Source: Nitrospinales bacterium
GTDB taxonomy: Bacteria > Nitrospinota > Nitrospinia > Nitrospinales > VA-1
Assembly: GCA_965262115.1 (NCBI GenBank)
Contig: OZ253496.1
Coordinates: forward strand, 1,835,054 to 1,899,053
DNA: 64,000 nucleotides
Direction of reading: 5' to 3'
The notes beneath the pieces were generated by a model. That model made no database searches. It was not told the origin of the DNA and saw only the letters and a list, made by a program, of their open reading frames with translations. Shown piece after piece: positions 40,413 through 49,294 of the stretch. The position numbers were made by a program, and so were the translations under genes. Within the stretch, counting starts at the first letter, position 1. Each line of letters opens with the position of its first letter.

Positions 40413-40529
40413 GAAAGCTGAGGAAAGATTATCACAAGCCGAAATTACGTTTGCCTGCCGGACATGATATTTATTCCTTAGCCTTCGTGCCCCGAAGGGG
40501 TAAAAAGCTATTGCTAGTTGGCCTCACGG
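40397..40529. repeat. Intergenic repeat cluster between the two paralogs
   Basis: F1 reverse at 40397-40417 with its tail running to ATCAC. F1 forward at 40483-40502. GCTATTGCTAGTTGGCCTCACGGCTAGTGGGCGG holds the stop of the 40530 gene. Confidence 0.8.
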
Positions 40530-41102
40530 CTAGTGGGCGGTTTTGACATTGGGAACCTGCAAACCAAAATAGGGTGTCAACTTATTGGGCACCGACAATT
40601 TTCGGTACAGGACATGGAATTCTTCATCCGAAATATCCTGTTTCAATAGTTGTTGAACCTGCTCGGCAGAAACGATCTGTTGTGAAGGTTCATCAAACAT
40701 AGTGACGCCAACACCTACCCAATGGGTATGGACGAACTGCTGTTGCACCAGACTCTCGACACCGGTGCTGTATTCCATGGATTTTTTGATAATGTGCTGG
40801 GCAATATAGGCTGGCACGCATCGCCCCACCGCAATCACTTTTGAGGTCTCGCCCATGGGATACACCCTCAAGGCCACGCGTGTGGAACCTATCTCACCAA
40901 ATTCCTTGAAGACCTGTTTTCTTTGCTTGCGATAAGATTTGGAAATATAGCCCTCAATTTTGATACGTTTTTGATCGACGGGTTCACATTTTTCCTCGGC
41001 AAACACCGGAGCCACCATCCCTAAAACCATCAAAACAGGTAATGCCTGCATTCGGAACCGCTGCCATAACTCACTGAATTGCTGCTTTTTTAATTGCATC
41101 AT
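40530..41102 (-). CDS. Secreted protein of unknown function (intact paralog)
   Basis: Signal peptide (ALPVLMVLGMVAPVFAEE). The conserved GRCVPAYIAQHI block is shared with the adjacent pseudogene. Confidence 0.7.
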   Translation of the reverse strand: MMQLKKQQFSELWQRFRMQALPVLMVLGMVAPVFAEEKCEPVDQKRIKIEGYISKSYRKQRKQVFKEFGEIGSTRVALRVYPMGETSKVIAVGRCVPAYIAQHIIKKSMEYSTGVESLVQQQFVHTHWVGVGVTMFDEPSQQIVSAEQVQQLLKQDISDEEFHVLYRKLSVPNKLTPYFGLQVPNVKTAH

Positions 41103-41174
41103 GAATTTTCCTGTTTATCCGGTTTGAGACAAATCCTCTGTTATAATAGTTCGACTCCATTGACCTTGCTCCAC

Positions 41175-41408
41175 CTATGGGGTCTTATTAATGAATTCTT
41201 CAGCGCTTTGTTCGCTTGAAAAATAATATTCCTTGCCGTTGATGGTTTTTTTGATCGCCTCAGATTTCGGGATATAGACCCCATTATTGGGGTCCATGAC
41301 CATTTCTGTAGGTTCCTGTTCCGCGGATGAACTTTTTGAGGGAAAAATCGCGCGTGCAATAAGAATCAGCAGAACTACGGCAATTCCAAATAGTGCTAAA
41401 CGGACCAT
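41175..41408 (-). CDS. Small membrane-anchored protein with a cysteine-less YHS/TRASH-like C-terminus
   Basis: N-terminal TM (LALFGIAVVLLILIA), then DPNNGVYIPKSEAIKKTINGKEYYFSSEQSAEEF. This resembles DP.CGM.V......G..YYFCS..C...F with every Cys replaced. Confidence 0.55.
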   Translation of the reverse strand: MVRLALFGIAVVLLILIARAIFPSKSSSAEQEPTEMVMDPNNGVYIPKSEAIKKTINGKEYYFSSEQSAEEFINKTP

Positions 41409-41492
41409 AGGGTCATTTTAAAGTTTTGCCGCACGAAATACAACCCGGCAGAAATTAGCAAGAACAGGCATCATTGAATTATAGCTCTGACT

Positions 41493-42410
41493 ATGACCGA
41501 CAAAACAACCACAGACAAACCGGATAAATCCCGATTGCCGGCGGTTCGGACCAAAGGTTCGCTGGTCCCGCTCGACCCTTATTCGGCTTATCTTCAGGAA
41601 GTCCGTAAATACCCACTGCTGACGGAAGAGGAGGAGAAAGAGCTGGCCATCCGTTACAAAGAAACCGGTGATCTTGAGGCTGCCTATAAACTGACCACCG
41701 CCAACCTGATGCTGGTCATTAAAATCGCCATGACCTTCAAGCGCGAGTGGCAGAACCTGATGGACTTGATTCAGGAAGGCAATGTTGGACTGATGAAAGC
41801 GGTTAAAAATTTTGACCCCTTTCGCGGAGTGCGTCTTTCTGCCTATGCCACCTGGTGGATCAAGTCATATATCCTGAAACATATTCTCGATAACTGGCGG
41901 TTGGTGCGGGTGGGCACCACCAACGCACGGCGAAAACTATTGTTCAACCTGAAAAGGGAAAAGGAAAAGCTCGAACAAGAGGGGTTTGACCCCACCACCA
42001 AGTTACTGGCCGAACGGTTTGGGGTTGATGAAGGAGAGATCATAGACGTCTCGGCCAGCATTGGTGCGATGGATATTTCCATCGACACCCCCTCCCACCC
42101 CGACAGTACGATGACTCCAGCGCAAACTCTTACAGACGGGAAATCTGTTGAAGCTAATGTGGAACTCAACCAGTTCCGGGAAATTCTCAATAAAAATATT
42201 GAAAGCTTTAAAACCGATTTGAACGCCAACGAAATAGAAATTCTCAACCAGCGCGTTCTTTCTGAAGACCCTTTATCGCTGCAGGAAATCGGTGACCAAA
42301 GAGGGGTAACGCGAGAAGCGGTGCGCCAGGCCGAGCAAAGATTATTAAAAAAATTTAAAACTTTTATCGAAGAAAAAATGCCGGAAGCGGCAGACTATTT
42401 TAAAACCTGA
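41493..42410 (+). CDS. rpoH: RNA polymerase sigma factor, RpoH (sigma-32)-like
   Basis: Regions 2-4 are present ([29 protein letters not shown]), plus an RpoH-box-like [14 protein letters not shown]. Confidence 0.85.
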   Translation: MTDKTTTDKPDKSRLPAVRTKGSLVPLDPYSAYLQEVRKYPLLTEEEEKELAIRYKETGDLEAAYKLTTANLMLVIKIAMTFKREWQNLMDLIQEGNVGLMKAVKNFDPFRGVRLSAYATWWIKSYILKHILDNWRLVRVGTTNARRKLLFNLKREKEKLEQEGFDPTTKLLAERFGVDEGEIIDVSASIGAMDISIDTPSHPDSTMTPAQTLTDGKSVEANVELNQFREILNKNIESFKTDLNANEIEILNQRVLSEDPLSLQEIGDQRGVTREAVRQAEQRLLKKFKTFIEEKMPEAADYFKT

Positions 42411-42421
42411 GGAGGAGCATT

Positions 42422-43810
42422 ATGAGTACCCGGACCGAAACCGACAGCATGGGAGAGATCGATGTCCCGGCCAGCAGTTACTATGGAGCTCAAACCGCGC
42501 GATCATTGATCCACTTTGATATTGGCACCGAGACCATGCCACGCGAAATTCTCCGGGGAATGGGCATCCTGAAAAAGGCTTCTGCCATGGTCAATGCCGA
42601 GTTAGGGCTCATGCCTGAAAATTTCAAAGACCTGATCTGCCAAGCCGCCGATGAAGTGATCGAAGGGACACTGGATGAACATTTTCCTCTCAGGGTTTGG
42701 CAAACCGGTAGCGGAACCCAGTCCAACATGAACACCAACGAAGTCATCGCCAACCGGGCTATTGAAATAGTGGGCGGGACCATCGGCTCCAAGGACCCGG
42801 TGCACCCCAACGATCATGTTAATATGGGCCAGTCTTCCAACGACACCTTTCCCACCGCCATGCATATTGCAGCGGTGGAGCGCATTCGTGACACGCTCAT
42901 CCCCTCTATATCGACTTTAGCCGGATCATTCCGTAAAAAAACCGACGAGTTTCAAGACATCATAAAAATCGGCCGCACTCATCTGATGGATGCCACCCCG
43001 CTCACTCTGGGCCAGGAGTTCAGCGGATACACGACTCAGTTGGAATATGCACTCGACCGCATTAACAATTGCATGCCCAGAATGTATCAAATCGCGCTGG
43101 GTGGAACCGCAGTGGGAACCGGCCTGAACTCGCACAAGGATTTCGCCGTGAAAGTTGCAAAACAAATTGCCGATCTCACCGGCTGTCCCTTTGTCACCGC
43201 GCCCAATAAATTTGAGTCCCTCGCGGCGCACGATGCCATTGTCGAGACTAGCGGCGTTTTAAAAACCATCGCCTGTTCACTCATGAAAATCGCCAACGAT
43301 ATTCGCTGGCTCGGGTCCGGTCCGCGATGCGGAATCGGGGAAATCGTTTTACCGGCCAATGAACCGGGAAGCTCGATCATGCCGGGCAAAGTCAACCCGA
43401 CCCAGTCTGAAGCAATGACCATGGTTGCGGCGCAAGTGATCGGCAATGACACCACCATCAATGTCGGGGGATCCTCCGGAAATTTCGAACTCAATGTTTT
43501 CAAACCGGTGATGATTTACAATCTTCTGCAGTCCATTCGCCTGCTTGCCGATTCCTGCCGGTCTTTCAACGACCATTGCGTGGTGGGCATTGAGCCTAAT
43601 AAAATACAGATCGAAAAACATCTTAATGGCTCGTTCATGCTGGTCACAGCCCTCAATCCGCATATCGGCTATGACAACGCGGCGAAGGTGGCCAAGAAGG
43701 CCTATCAGGATAACAGCACTTTGAAAGAAGCGGCGGCGGCTTTGAACCTGCTCACGCCGGAGGAGTTTGACGAAAAAGTGCGACCTGAAAAAATGACCGG
43801 CCCAAAATAA
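42422..43810 (+). CDS. fumC: Class II fumarate hydratase
   Basis: [16 protein letters not shown] and the signature [16 protein letters not shown]. Confidence 0.96.
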   Translation: MSTRTETDSMGEIDVPASSYYGAQTARSLIHFDIGTETMPREILRGMGILKKASAMVNAELGLMPENFKDLICQAADEVIEGTLDEHFPLRVWQTGSGTQSNMNTNEVIANRAIEIVGGTIGSKDPVHPNDHVNMGQSSNDTFPTAMHIAAVERIRDTLIPSISTLAGSFRKKTDEFQDIIKIGRTHLMDATPLTLGQEFSGYTTQLEYALDRINNCMPRMYQIALGGTAVGTGLNSHKDFAVKVAKQIADLTGCPFVTAPNKFESLAAHDAIVETSGVLKTIACSLMKIANDIRWLGSGPRCGIGEIVLPANEPGSSIMPGKVNPTQSEAMTMVAAQVIGNDTTINVGGSSGNFELNVFKPVMIYNLLQSIRLLADSCRSFNDHCVVGIEPNKIQIEKHLNGSFMLVTALNPHIGYDNAAKVAKKAYQDNSTLKEAAAALNLLTPEEFDEKVRPEKMTGPK

Positions 43811-43817
43811 AGGATTG

Positions 43818-43845
43818 CTTGAGATTTATAACTTGAGATTTATAA
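43818..43845 (+). repeat. Perfect tandem duplication, 2 x 14 bp (CTTGAGATTTATAA)
   Basis: 43818-43831 and 43832-43845 are identical. The pair sits between the fumC stop and the dioxygenase start (43862). Confidence 0.9.
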
Positions 43846-43861
43846 ATTGTGAGGTCCCAAA

Positions 43862-44521
43862 ATGAAAAATGTCCTCAGTCCATCCCGAAGAAATTTTCTA
43901 AAAAGTTCCGTGGCACTGGGAAGCCTGCTCGGCGCTGAATTCCTGAACCCGCTCCCCGCCTTTCCGGCTTGCATCCCAACCCCATGGGAAACTCCGGGTC
44001 CCTTTTATCCCAGGACATTTCCACTGGACTACGATAATGATCTTACTTTTTTGAAAAGCAAAGCAGACAAAGCTCAGGGAGATATTATTTTTATCGAAGG
44101 AGTGGTTCGGGATGAGAAATGCCGACCTGTTCCCGGAGCATCAGTAGAAATCTGGCAAGCATGTGCTACGGGAAAATATAATCACCCGGAAGATCGAAAC
44201 TCCGCAGAACTCGACCCGCATTTCCAATATTTGGGGAAGGCCATTTCCAATGATAAAGGTGAATATGGCTTTAAAACTATAAAGCCTGGTTCTTATCCTG
44301 TCAGTTGGTTCTGGACGCGCCCACCGCATATTCACTTTGCGGTTCACTCCCGCAATTTTCATCCTTTTACCACCCAAATGTACTTTTTGGGAGAACCGTT
44401 AAATAAAAAGGACCGCCTTCTGGGGAACCACCCCAAGGAAGAACAGGAGCGATACATTGTTCCCTTTCAGGAAATCCACGACATTCGATTGGGAAAATTG
44501 GACCTGACCCTGAAAAAATGA
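43862..44521 (+). CDS. Intradiol ring-cleavage dioxygenase-family protein with Tat signal
   Basis: Twin-arginine signal SRRNFLKSSVALGSLLGA. G..V.I.G.V.D....PV.GA.VEIWQA...G.Y and the RPPHIHF block. Confidence 0.8.
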   Translation: MKNVLSPSRRNFLKSSVALGSLLGAEFLNPLPAFPACIPTPWETPGPFYPRTFPLDYDNDLTFLKSKADKAQGDIIFIEGVVRDEKCRPVPGASVEIWQACATGKYNHPEDRNSAELDPHFQYLGKAISNDKGEYGFKTIKPGSYPVSWFWTRPPHIHFAVHSRNFHPFTTQMYFLGEPLNKKDRLLGNHPKEEQERYIVPFQEIHDIRLGKLDLTLKK

Positions 44522-44549
44522 CCGTCCCCAAGGGATAAAGGAGGAAGAT

Positions 44550-44633
44550 ATGTTTCAAAACTGGGAAAATTTTATAGGAATTATTGTCGTGCTCGCCATC
44601 CTGCTTCCCATTATTCTGAAGAAAATGTATTGA
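44550..44633 (+). CDS. Small hydrophobic peptide (27 aa), not in the ORF track
   Basis: AAGGAGG lies 6 nt before the ATG. Translation is MFQNWENFIGIIVVLAILLPIILKKMY, a single TM-like helix, directly downstream of the dioxygenase gene. Confidence 0.45.
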   Translation: MFQNWENFIGIIVVLAILLPIILKKMY

Positions 44634-44643
44634 AAGGGATTCC

Positions 44644-45045
44644 TCACAAAGAGGAAGGCTGACTGTTTAAATTGCTCGAAGAAACTACTCCGAGAAACAC
44701 CCCATTCTGGTTGGTCACCGCCATAAAATCCACATCATTTTCCGCCATGATTTCTGCCGCTTGGCCCTCAGATTCACTGTCCTTAATCGTCAGCAGAGGC
44801 TCCATATATTCGCGGATTGTAGAACCCGACATATCCTCCGACTTGTAATTTTCCAGTAACTGACTCACCGCGATAATGCCTGCCATTTTATCTTCATGCT
44901 GAACGAACTGTCGATAAACCCGCTGGGTAAAACTGTTAAGAATGGTTGAACCGAGACCTCCACTGCCTCCGATCATTGAGTCGCCCTCCACCAAAAGGAT
45001 GTTTAAAATTGGGCTATTCCATGCCCTATACATCCTTAACGGCAT
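44644..45045 (-). CDS. CBS-domain protein
   Basis: The C-terminal region (MEPLLTIKDSESEGQAAEIMAENDVDFMAVTNQNGVFLGVVS) fits a CBS module. Confidence 0.5.
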   Translation of the reverse strand: MPLRMYRAWNSPILNILLVEGDSMIGGSGGLGSTILNSFTQRVYRQFVQHEDKMAGIIAVSQLLENYKSEDMSGSTIREYMEPLLTIKDSESEGQAAEIMAENDVDFMAVTNQNGVFLGVVSSSNLNSQPSSL

Positions 45046-45116
45046 CCGCGAAAAAGGCCGTAAGCTTTTATTTGAAAAGGGTTATAGCAATCGCTAAATC
45101 AATGACTTTCCCACCC

Positions 45117-45220
45117 CCTAGGCGGAGTACCTCCGCTGGGTAGTGGCAATGGCTTTTTACCGCTAGCAACAATTCTCTTTGCCTAACGGGTTCCTGCTAG
45201 TTGGCTCCACGCCTAGTGGT
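45117..45220. repeat. MITE-B copy overlapping the nadA stop codon
   Basis: CTAGGCGGAGTACCTCCGCTGGGTAGTGGCAATGG...CTGCTAGTTGGCTCCACGCCTAGTGG. CTAG is present at both ends (45117-45120 and 45213-45216). On the minus strand nadA ends ..CAC TAG within it. Confidence 0.8.
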
Positions 45221-46223
45221 AATGGAACATCTGGTTGACGCATTGGAGGGCGCGCTGCTGGGTTTCCGGGTCGAGGGTGATGGTGTTTTCTGGACCGGGG
45301 TTTTCGAGGACGTTGAGTATACCTTCCAAAGAATTGGACTTCATATATTTGCAGAGTGTACAACTTCCGGCAAAGGTTTTTTGCGGGAACTCGGATTGCA
45401 GAACACCGGTCAACCCGCACTCCGTCACCAGAAAAAAGGAGTCGCCGCTGGATTCTCTTACATGGTTGAGCATCTGGCTAGTGCTTCCCACATAATCGGC
45501 CTTACCCACCACCGAAGAACTGCATTCGGGGTGAACGAGAATTTCCACACCCTCAAAGTTTCTCCGCACCTGGTCTATACTTTCCGGCTGATATTCTTCA
45601 TGAACGTAGCAGGTGCCATCCCAGAGCTGGATATCCTTATTCAGACCCTTGGATTTGAAATGGTTGATCACATTTTCACCCATGAGCCGGTCGGGCAGAA
45701 AATAAATCTTGTTATTGGGAATTTTTTCAATAATAGAGTAAACATTCGAAGAGGTGACGCACACATCACACTGGGCTTTCACCTCGGCGGTCGTGTTGAT
45801 GTAGCAAACGAAGGTGTGATCGGAAAACTCTTTGCGGAGCCTTATGACATCTTCTGCCGTTATGCCGTCGGCCAGGGAGCAACCGCCATTGGGATTGGGA
45901 TCAAGCACAGTTTTTTGAGGATTGAGAATCTTGGCGGTCTCAGCCATAAAGCGCACCGCCGCAAAAACGATGACATCGGCATTGGATTCCTTAGCTTTTT
46001 TCGACAGGCCATAAGAGTCGCCGGTGTGATCGGCAACACTGTAATAAATTTGCGGCGCGACATAATTATGCGCGAGGATGATGGCATTTTTTTCGCACTT
46101 GAGGTATTCAATCTTTCTGATGGTGGGTAGCAACAACTCGCAATTTTCCTGAGTGAACTTGCAAATAGGATTGCCCACCTGAATATCTTTAAGCTTTTCG
46201 TATAATTGTTCTGCGGTAACCAT
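45213..46223 (-). CDS. nadA: Quinolinate synthase
   Basis: ILAHNYV..QI....AD..GDS..LS, VFAAVRFMAETAK and CxxC..M blocks (GSCTLCKYMK). Confidence 0.93.
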   Translation of the reverse strand: MVTAEQLYEKLKDIQVGNPICKFTQENCELLLPTIRKIEYLKCEKNAIILAHNYVAPQIYYSVADHTGDSYGLSKKAKESNADVIVFAAVRFMAETAKILNPQKTVLDPNPNGGCSLADGITAEDVIRLRKEFSDHTFVCYINTTAEVKAQCDVCVTSSNVYSIIEKIPNNKIYFLPDRLMGENVINHFKSKGLNKDIQLWDGTCYVHEEYQPESIDQVRRNFEGVEILVHPECSSSVVGKADYVGSTSQMLNHVRESSGDSFFLVTECGLTGVLQSEFPQKTFAGSCTLCKYMKSNSLEGILNVLENPGPENTITLDPETQQRALQCVNQMFHYH

Positions 46224-46411
46224 AAGTTTTCCTTACCGGCATGGGCGGCGAACCGCCGCTGGCAACTAGCAATATCTTTTATCTTGCCTCAAACGGTTTC
46301 TCGGCTTAAGGACAAGCAGTCAAACAATGGCTCTTTAAGCCGAGACAACTCTTTGCCAGCCAAACAAAGCTATTGCTCATCATGGTCCAGCGTCACGCTG
46401 GCGCCAAGTGG
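46224..46411. repeat. MITE-B-like palindromic element filling the nadA / HIT intergenic gap
   Basis: GGCGGCGAACCGCCGC hairpin, TGGCAACTAGCAATA, TTCTCGGCTTAAGG...CTTTAAGCCGAGA inverted pair, AGCTATTGCTCATCATGG and CCAGCGTCACGCTGG hairpin. Confidence 0.75.
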
Positions 46412-46756
46412 CTAACCCGGCGGCCAGTTCATGGCGCGACCGCCTAAAAGATGATAATGAATATGATACACCGACTGCCCGGCCCCGGCACCACAATTGA
46501 CCACCAACCGAAACCCTGATTTATCGAGGCCCCTTTCCTTCGCCAGTTGGTTTGCCACACTGATCACCGAACCCATCAACGTATGATCCTTCTCCTCGAC
46601 ATCCAGCAAGGTAGCCTGATGGATTCGAGGGATGATCAGGATATGCGTAGGAGCTTGCGGGTTAATATCATTGATCGCGAACAAGGCGTCCGATTCATAA
46701 ACCTTATCTGAAGAGATGGTCCCCTCGCTGATTTTGCAGAACAGGCAATCACTCAT
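46412..46756 (-). CDS. HIT-family (histidine triad) nucleotide hydrolase
   Basis: CLFCKI and the triad HIHYHLLGG. The start overlaps the pafA stop by 8 nt. Confidence 0.92.
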   Translation of the reverse strand: MSDCLFCKISEGTISSDKVYESDALFAINDINPQAPTHILIIPRIHQATLLDVEEKDHTLMGSVISVANQLAKERGLDKSGFRLVVNCGAGAGQSVYHIHYHLLGGRAMNWPPG

Positions 46757-48251
46757 AAGGTTTTTTTCCGCGTCGCTCCGGGTTTCCTATATCCTGTTTA
46801 TTTTCCTGGTGGGGCAGAGAATCAAACTGCTCAAGATGCTCTATAATTTCTTCTTTATAGGAGATAAATGGATCGAGCATCAGAAACGGTTCGTCAGTTT
46901 TACTCAGGCGAAATCCGATCCAGTCTATGAGATAACCCATGTGGGAATGCTGGTTCATGAGCCTTTTAACAAGCTCTCCCCGGCCATGCGCACGGGTTCC
47001 TCTTGGAGGATTGACTTTTGAGAAGTCGACAGCCTCATCGGTAGTTTTGCGGTAACCATCGCCACTGGCTTCCAATCCCCAGAACAAACCGGTTTCCTTA
47101 TTCAGGTTATGGTATTCCAGATCCAGGCTTTTGAGCCAGGGGTCATGCCATTCCAGGTTTTCTTCGTTTCTAAACTCGTTGAGCATCCAATACTTGCTGG
47201 CCCAGTCCACTCGGCCGATCACCGCTTCCGGTCCTTTAGGTAAATCGGCCAAGACCGATTCCCAGCCCTCCAGAATCCAGCCGGTCTCCCGATTTGTCCC
47301 GGCCAGATGTTCCTTACAGGTATTTAAAATATCCCATTGCAGCTCCAGAGCGGTGGAAGATTTTCCCGAAGCCAGCTTCACCTCCCATTTAAAATCCGGA
47401 TCGCGGGAAATGGAACGCATGGCAAAAACCGAGTCCGCAAGAATCCATTCCCGTTTGGCGACGCCCAACTGCATGATTTCCAGCATGAGGGTTGTGGTTC
47501 CCATTTTCATGGCGGTGGCAAACTCACTCATCGTCGAGTCACCAACCAAAAGATGAATGCGCCGGTATTTGCTCGGGTCCGACAATGGCTCGTCGCGGGT
47601 ATTGACAATCGCCCGGTTATATTGCACCCACCGGTAAAATTCATTGGGAATATGGTCAGCCCTTTGTGACAGCTGAAAGTTCACCTCATCGCCCTGGTTT
47701 TCATAAGGCGTGATGCCATCCCAATCCCGAAACGGGTGGGGATCGCAGGAACCGATGCGGCCCGCACCGCAATAAATCAGTCGAGTGGTTAAAAAGGAAG
47801 AAAGCAGTTTCAGGTTGTCGCGCTCATCGAAAGGGAATCCTCTACTGACCAGATAATTCTCGTGGCAGCCGAACGTCGCGCTGGTTTCAAGATCCACATT
47901 GTTCTTGATGAACGAAACATGATCGGCCCAGCCCAACTCCTCTACCGCTTCCTGAATCAGCGTGTCGCCGGCGCGGTCAAAAGTCACCAGGTCAACAAGA
48001 TTGGAACATTCCGGAGAGGCGTATTCCAAATGCCCCATGTCGAGATACAAGCGCCCACCGTTAAGCAGAAACCCGCCGTTACCGGGGGGCTCATCGTTAG
48101 CGCGGTAGTGAAGGTCCAGCACACCATGATTTTTTGAGAAAACATGGTTCTTGACCTTGTTGGCCACTTCCATGGAATCGAGAGGGAACTCTGTATCATT
48201 TTTGATCAGCAGGCCGTATTCCGTTTCGATACCGTAGATGCGCTTTTTCAT
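46749..48251 (-). CDS. pafA: Pup/UBact ligase PafA homolog
   Basis: IYGIETEYGL and NGGRLYLDMGHLEYASPE match the PafA pattern GIETEFG / NGARLYLDVGSHPEYATAE (from memory) better than the Dop pattern. Confidence 0.85.
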   Translation of the reverse strand: MKKRIYGIETEYGLLIKNDTEFPLDSMEVANKVKNHVFSKNHGVLDLHYRANDEPPGNGGFLLNGGRLYLDMGHLEYASPECSNLVDLVTFDRAGDTLIQEAVEELGWADHVSFIKNNVDLETSATFGCHENYLVSRGFPFDERDNLKLLSSFLTTRLIYCGAGRIGSCDPHPFRDWDGITPYENQGDEVNFQLSQRADHIPNEFYRWVQYNRAIVNTRDEPLSDPSKYRRIHLLVGDSTMSEFATAMKMGTTTLMLEIMQLGVAKREWILADSVFAMRSISRDPDFKWEVKLASGKSSTALELQWDILNTCKEHLAGTNRETGWILEGWESVLADLPKGPEAVIGRVDWASKYWMLNEFRNEENLEWHDPWLKSLDLEYHNLNKETGLFWGLEASGDGYRKTTDEAVDFSKVNPPRGTRAHGRGELVKRLMNQHSHMGYLIDWIGFRLSKTDEPFLMLDPFISYKEEIIEHLEQFDSLPHQENKQDIGNPERRGKKPYE

Positions 48252-48270
48252 TTCAGGGTGCCTTTTATAT

Positions 48271-49071
48271 TTAACCTCTCTTAAGAGAGGATTTACATAG
48301 TTTCGCCAGATCCTTATCGTTCAAAAACTGGTACCCCGCCTCGGTGACCAATGCCACGGTAGGAAAAATTTCATCTTCCGGACGGGCTTTGCCGGTTGCA
48401 GAATCAAACTGTGCCGCAGTCTGCAAAAGCCGGATGGCCAAGGTGACCGCATCGCTTTCCGACCTTTCTACCAGAGGCTTTTCTCCCCAGAGGTCTTCAT
48501 GTTCCAGAATTCCCCGAATGGTCGGCGAACCAGAGCCGGTCGCGGTATGGGTGCTGATCCTGAAATCGGCTCCCAACATATCGTAAAAATGTATCGCCGC
48601 CTTTTTAGATTTCAAATCATAAGTGGCAAATATAGGACTCACCGCGCCCAACCCCTGCACCGCCATCCCGACATTCTCTTTCAGCAGTTTTGATAAGGCG
48701 CGGATTTTCCCTTCCACACTCATGGTCTGCATCTGCGACCGCCGGTAGTATTCAAAATTATGCGTGAGAACCCGTGCCATCTCGAAAGCCGTAGCAGGAA
48801 CCCCGGCAATCGCCATGAGCGTATAATCGTCGATGGGAATGACCTTGTCGCAACGTTCATACATGATACTGTTGCCCGCCGTGGCCCGTCGGTCCCCGGC
48901 AACAATCACGCCATTCCTAAAGTGGAAGGCGAGAACCGTGGTGCCCTGCGTTACTGCAATGCCGCTTGGCGCCTGCGAAGAATCAATGCGGGTATGCCAG
49001 CGATAGCCGGATTTTTCCAGTAGCTCGAAAAAATCTCCGGGCGAAGTATGAGGATCTGTTTGAAAACTCAT
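48271..49071 (-). CDS. prcB: Proteasome beta subunit with propeptide
   Basis: A propeptide is followed by ..TQG/TTVLAFHF (Thr1 after Gly), then GDRRAT.G and IAGVPA. The start ATG overlaps the stop of the small upstream ORF (ATGA). Confidence 0.9.
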   Translation of the reverse strand: MSFQTDPHTSPGDFFELLEKSGYRWHTRIDSSQAPSGIAVTQGTTVLAFHFRNGVIVAGDRRATAGNSIMYERCDKVIPIDDYTLMAIAGVPATAFEMARVLTHNFEYYRRSQMQTMSVEGKIRALSKLLKENVGMAVQGLGAVSPIFATYDLKSKKAAIHFYDMLGADFRISTHTATGSGSPTIRGILEHEDLWGEKPLVERSESDAVTLAIRLLQTAAQFDSATGKARPEDEIFPTVALVTEAGYQFLNDKDLAKLCKSSLKRG

Positions 49072-49244
49072 TGACCGGTTCTCTGTTTGTATTTTTCAGA
49101 TTGTTTCGGGTCCACCTTTTTCATCCGCTTCAAAAGATTATCCTTTCCCGGCCGTGAAGGTTCCGGGCTGGAAGGGCCGGAATCATCGCGATCTGGACTG
49201 GTTTCTTTTTTTTCTTCCCTTCTCAGGGGATCATTCATTTCCAT
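49068..49244 (-). CDS. Pup-like prokaryotic ubiquitin-like modifier (UBact-type), 58 aa, absent from the ORF track
   Basis: My translation of the minus strand is MEMNDPLRREEKKETSPDRDDSGPSSPEPSRPGKDNLLKRMKKVDPKQSEKYKQRTGQ. AAAGGAG lies 8 nt upstream. It ends in Gly-Gln like Pup (..YVQKGGQ) and shares the D.LL..h..V...Y.Q..GQ pattern. It sits between prcA and prcB, with its stop overlapping the prcB start. Confidence 0.8.
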   Translation of the reverse strand: MEMNDPLRREEKKETSPDRDDSGPSSPEPSRPGKDNLLKRMKKVDPKQSEKYKQRTGQ

Positions 49245-49294
49245 GGGATCAACTCCTTTTGTTGCCAGGCCGTTTCTGCCTCTTCACCCGAGCA

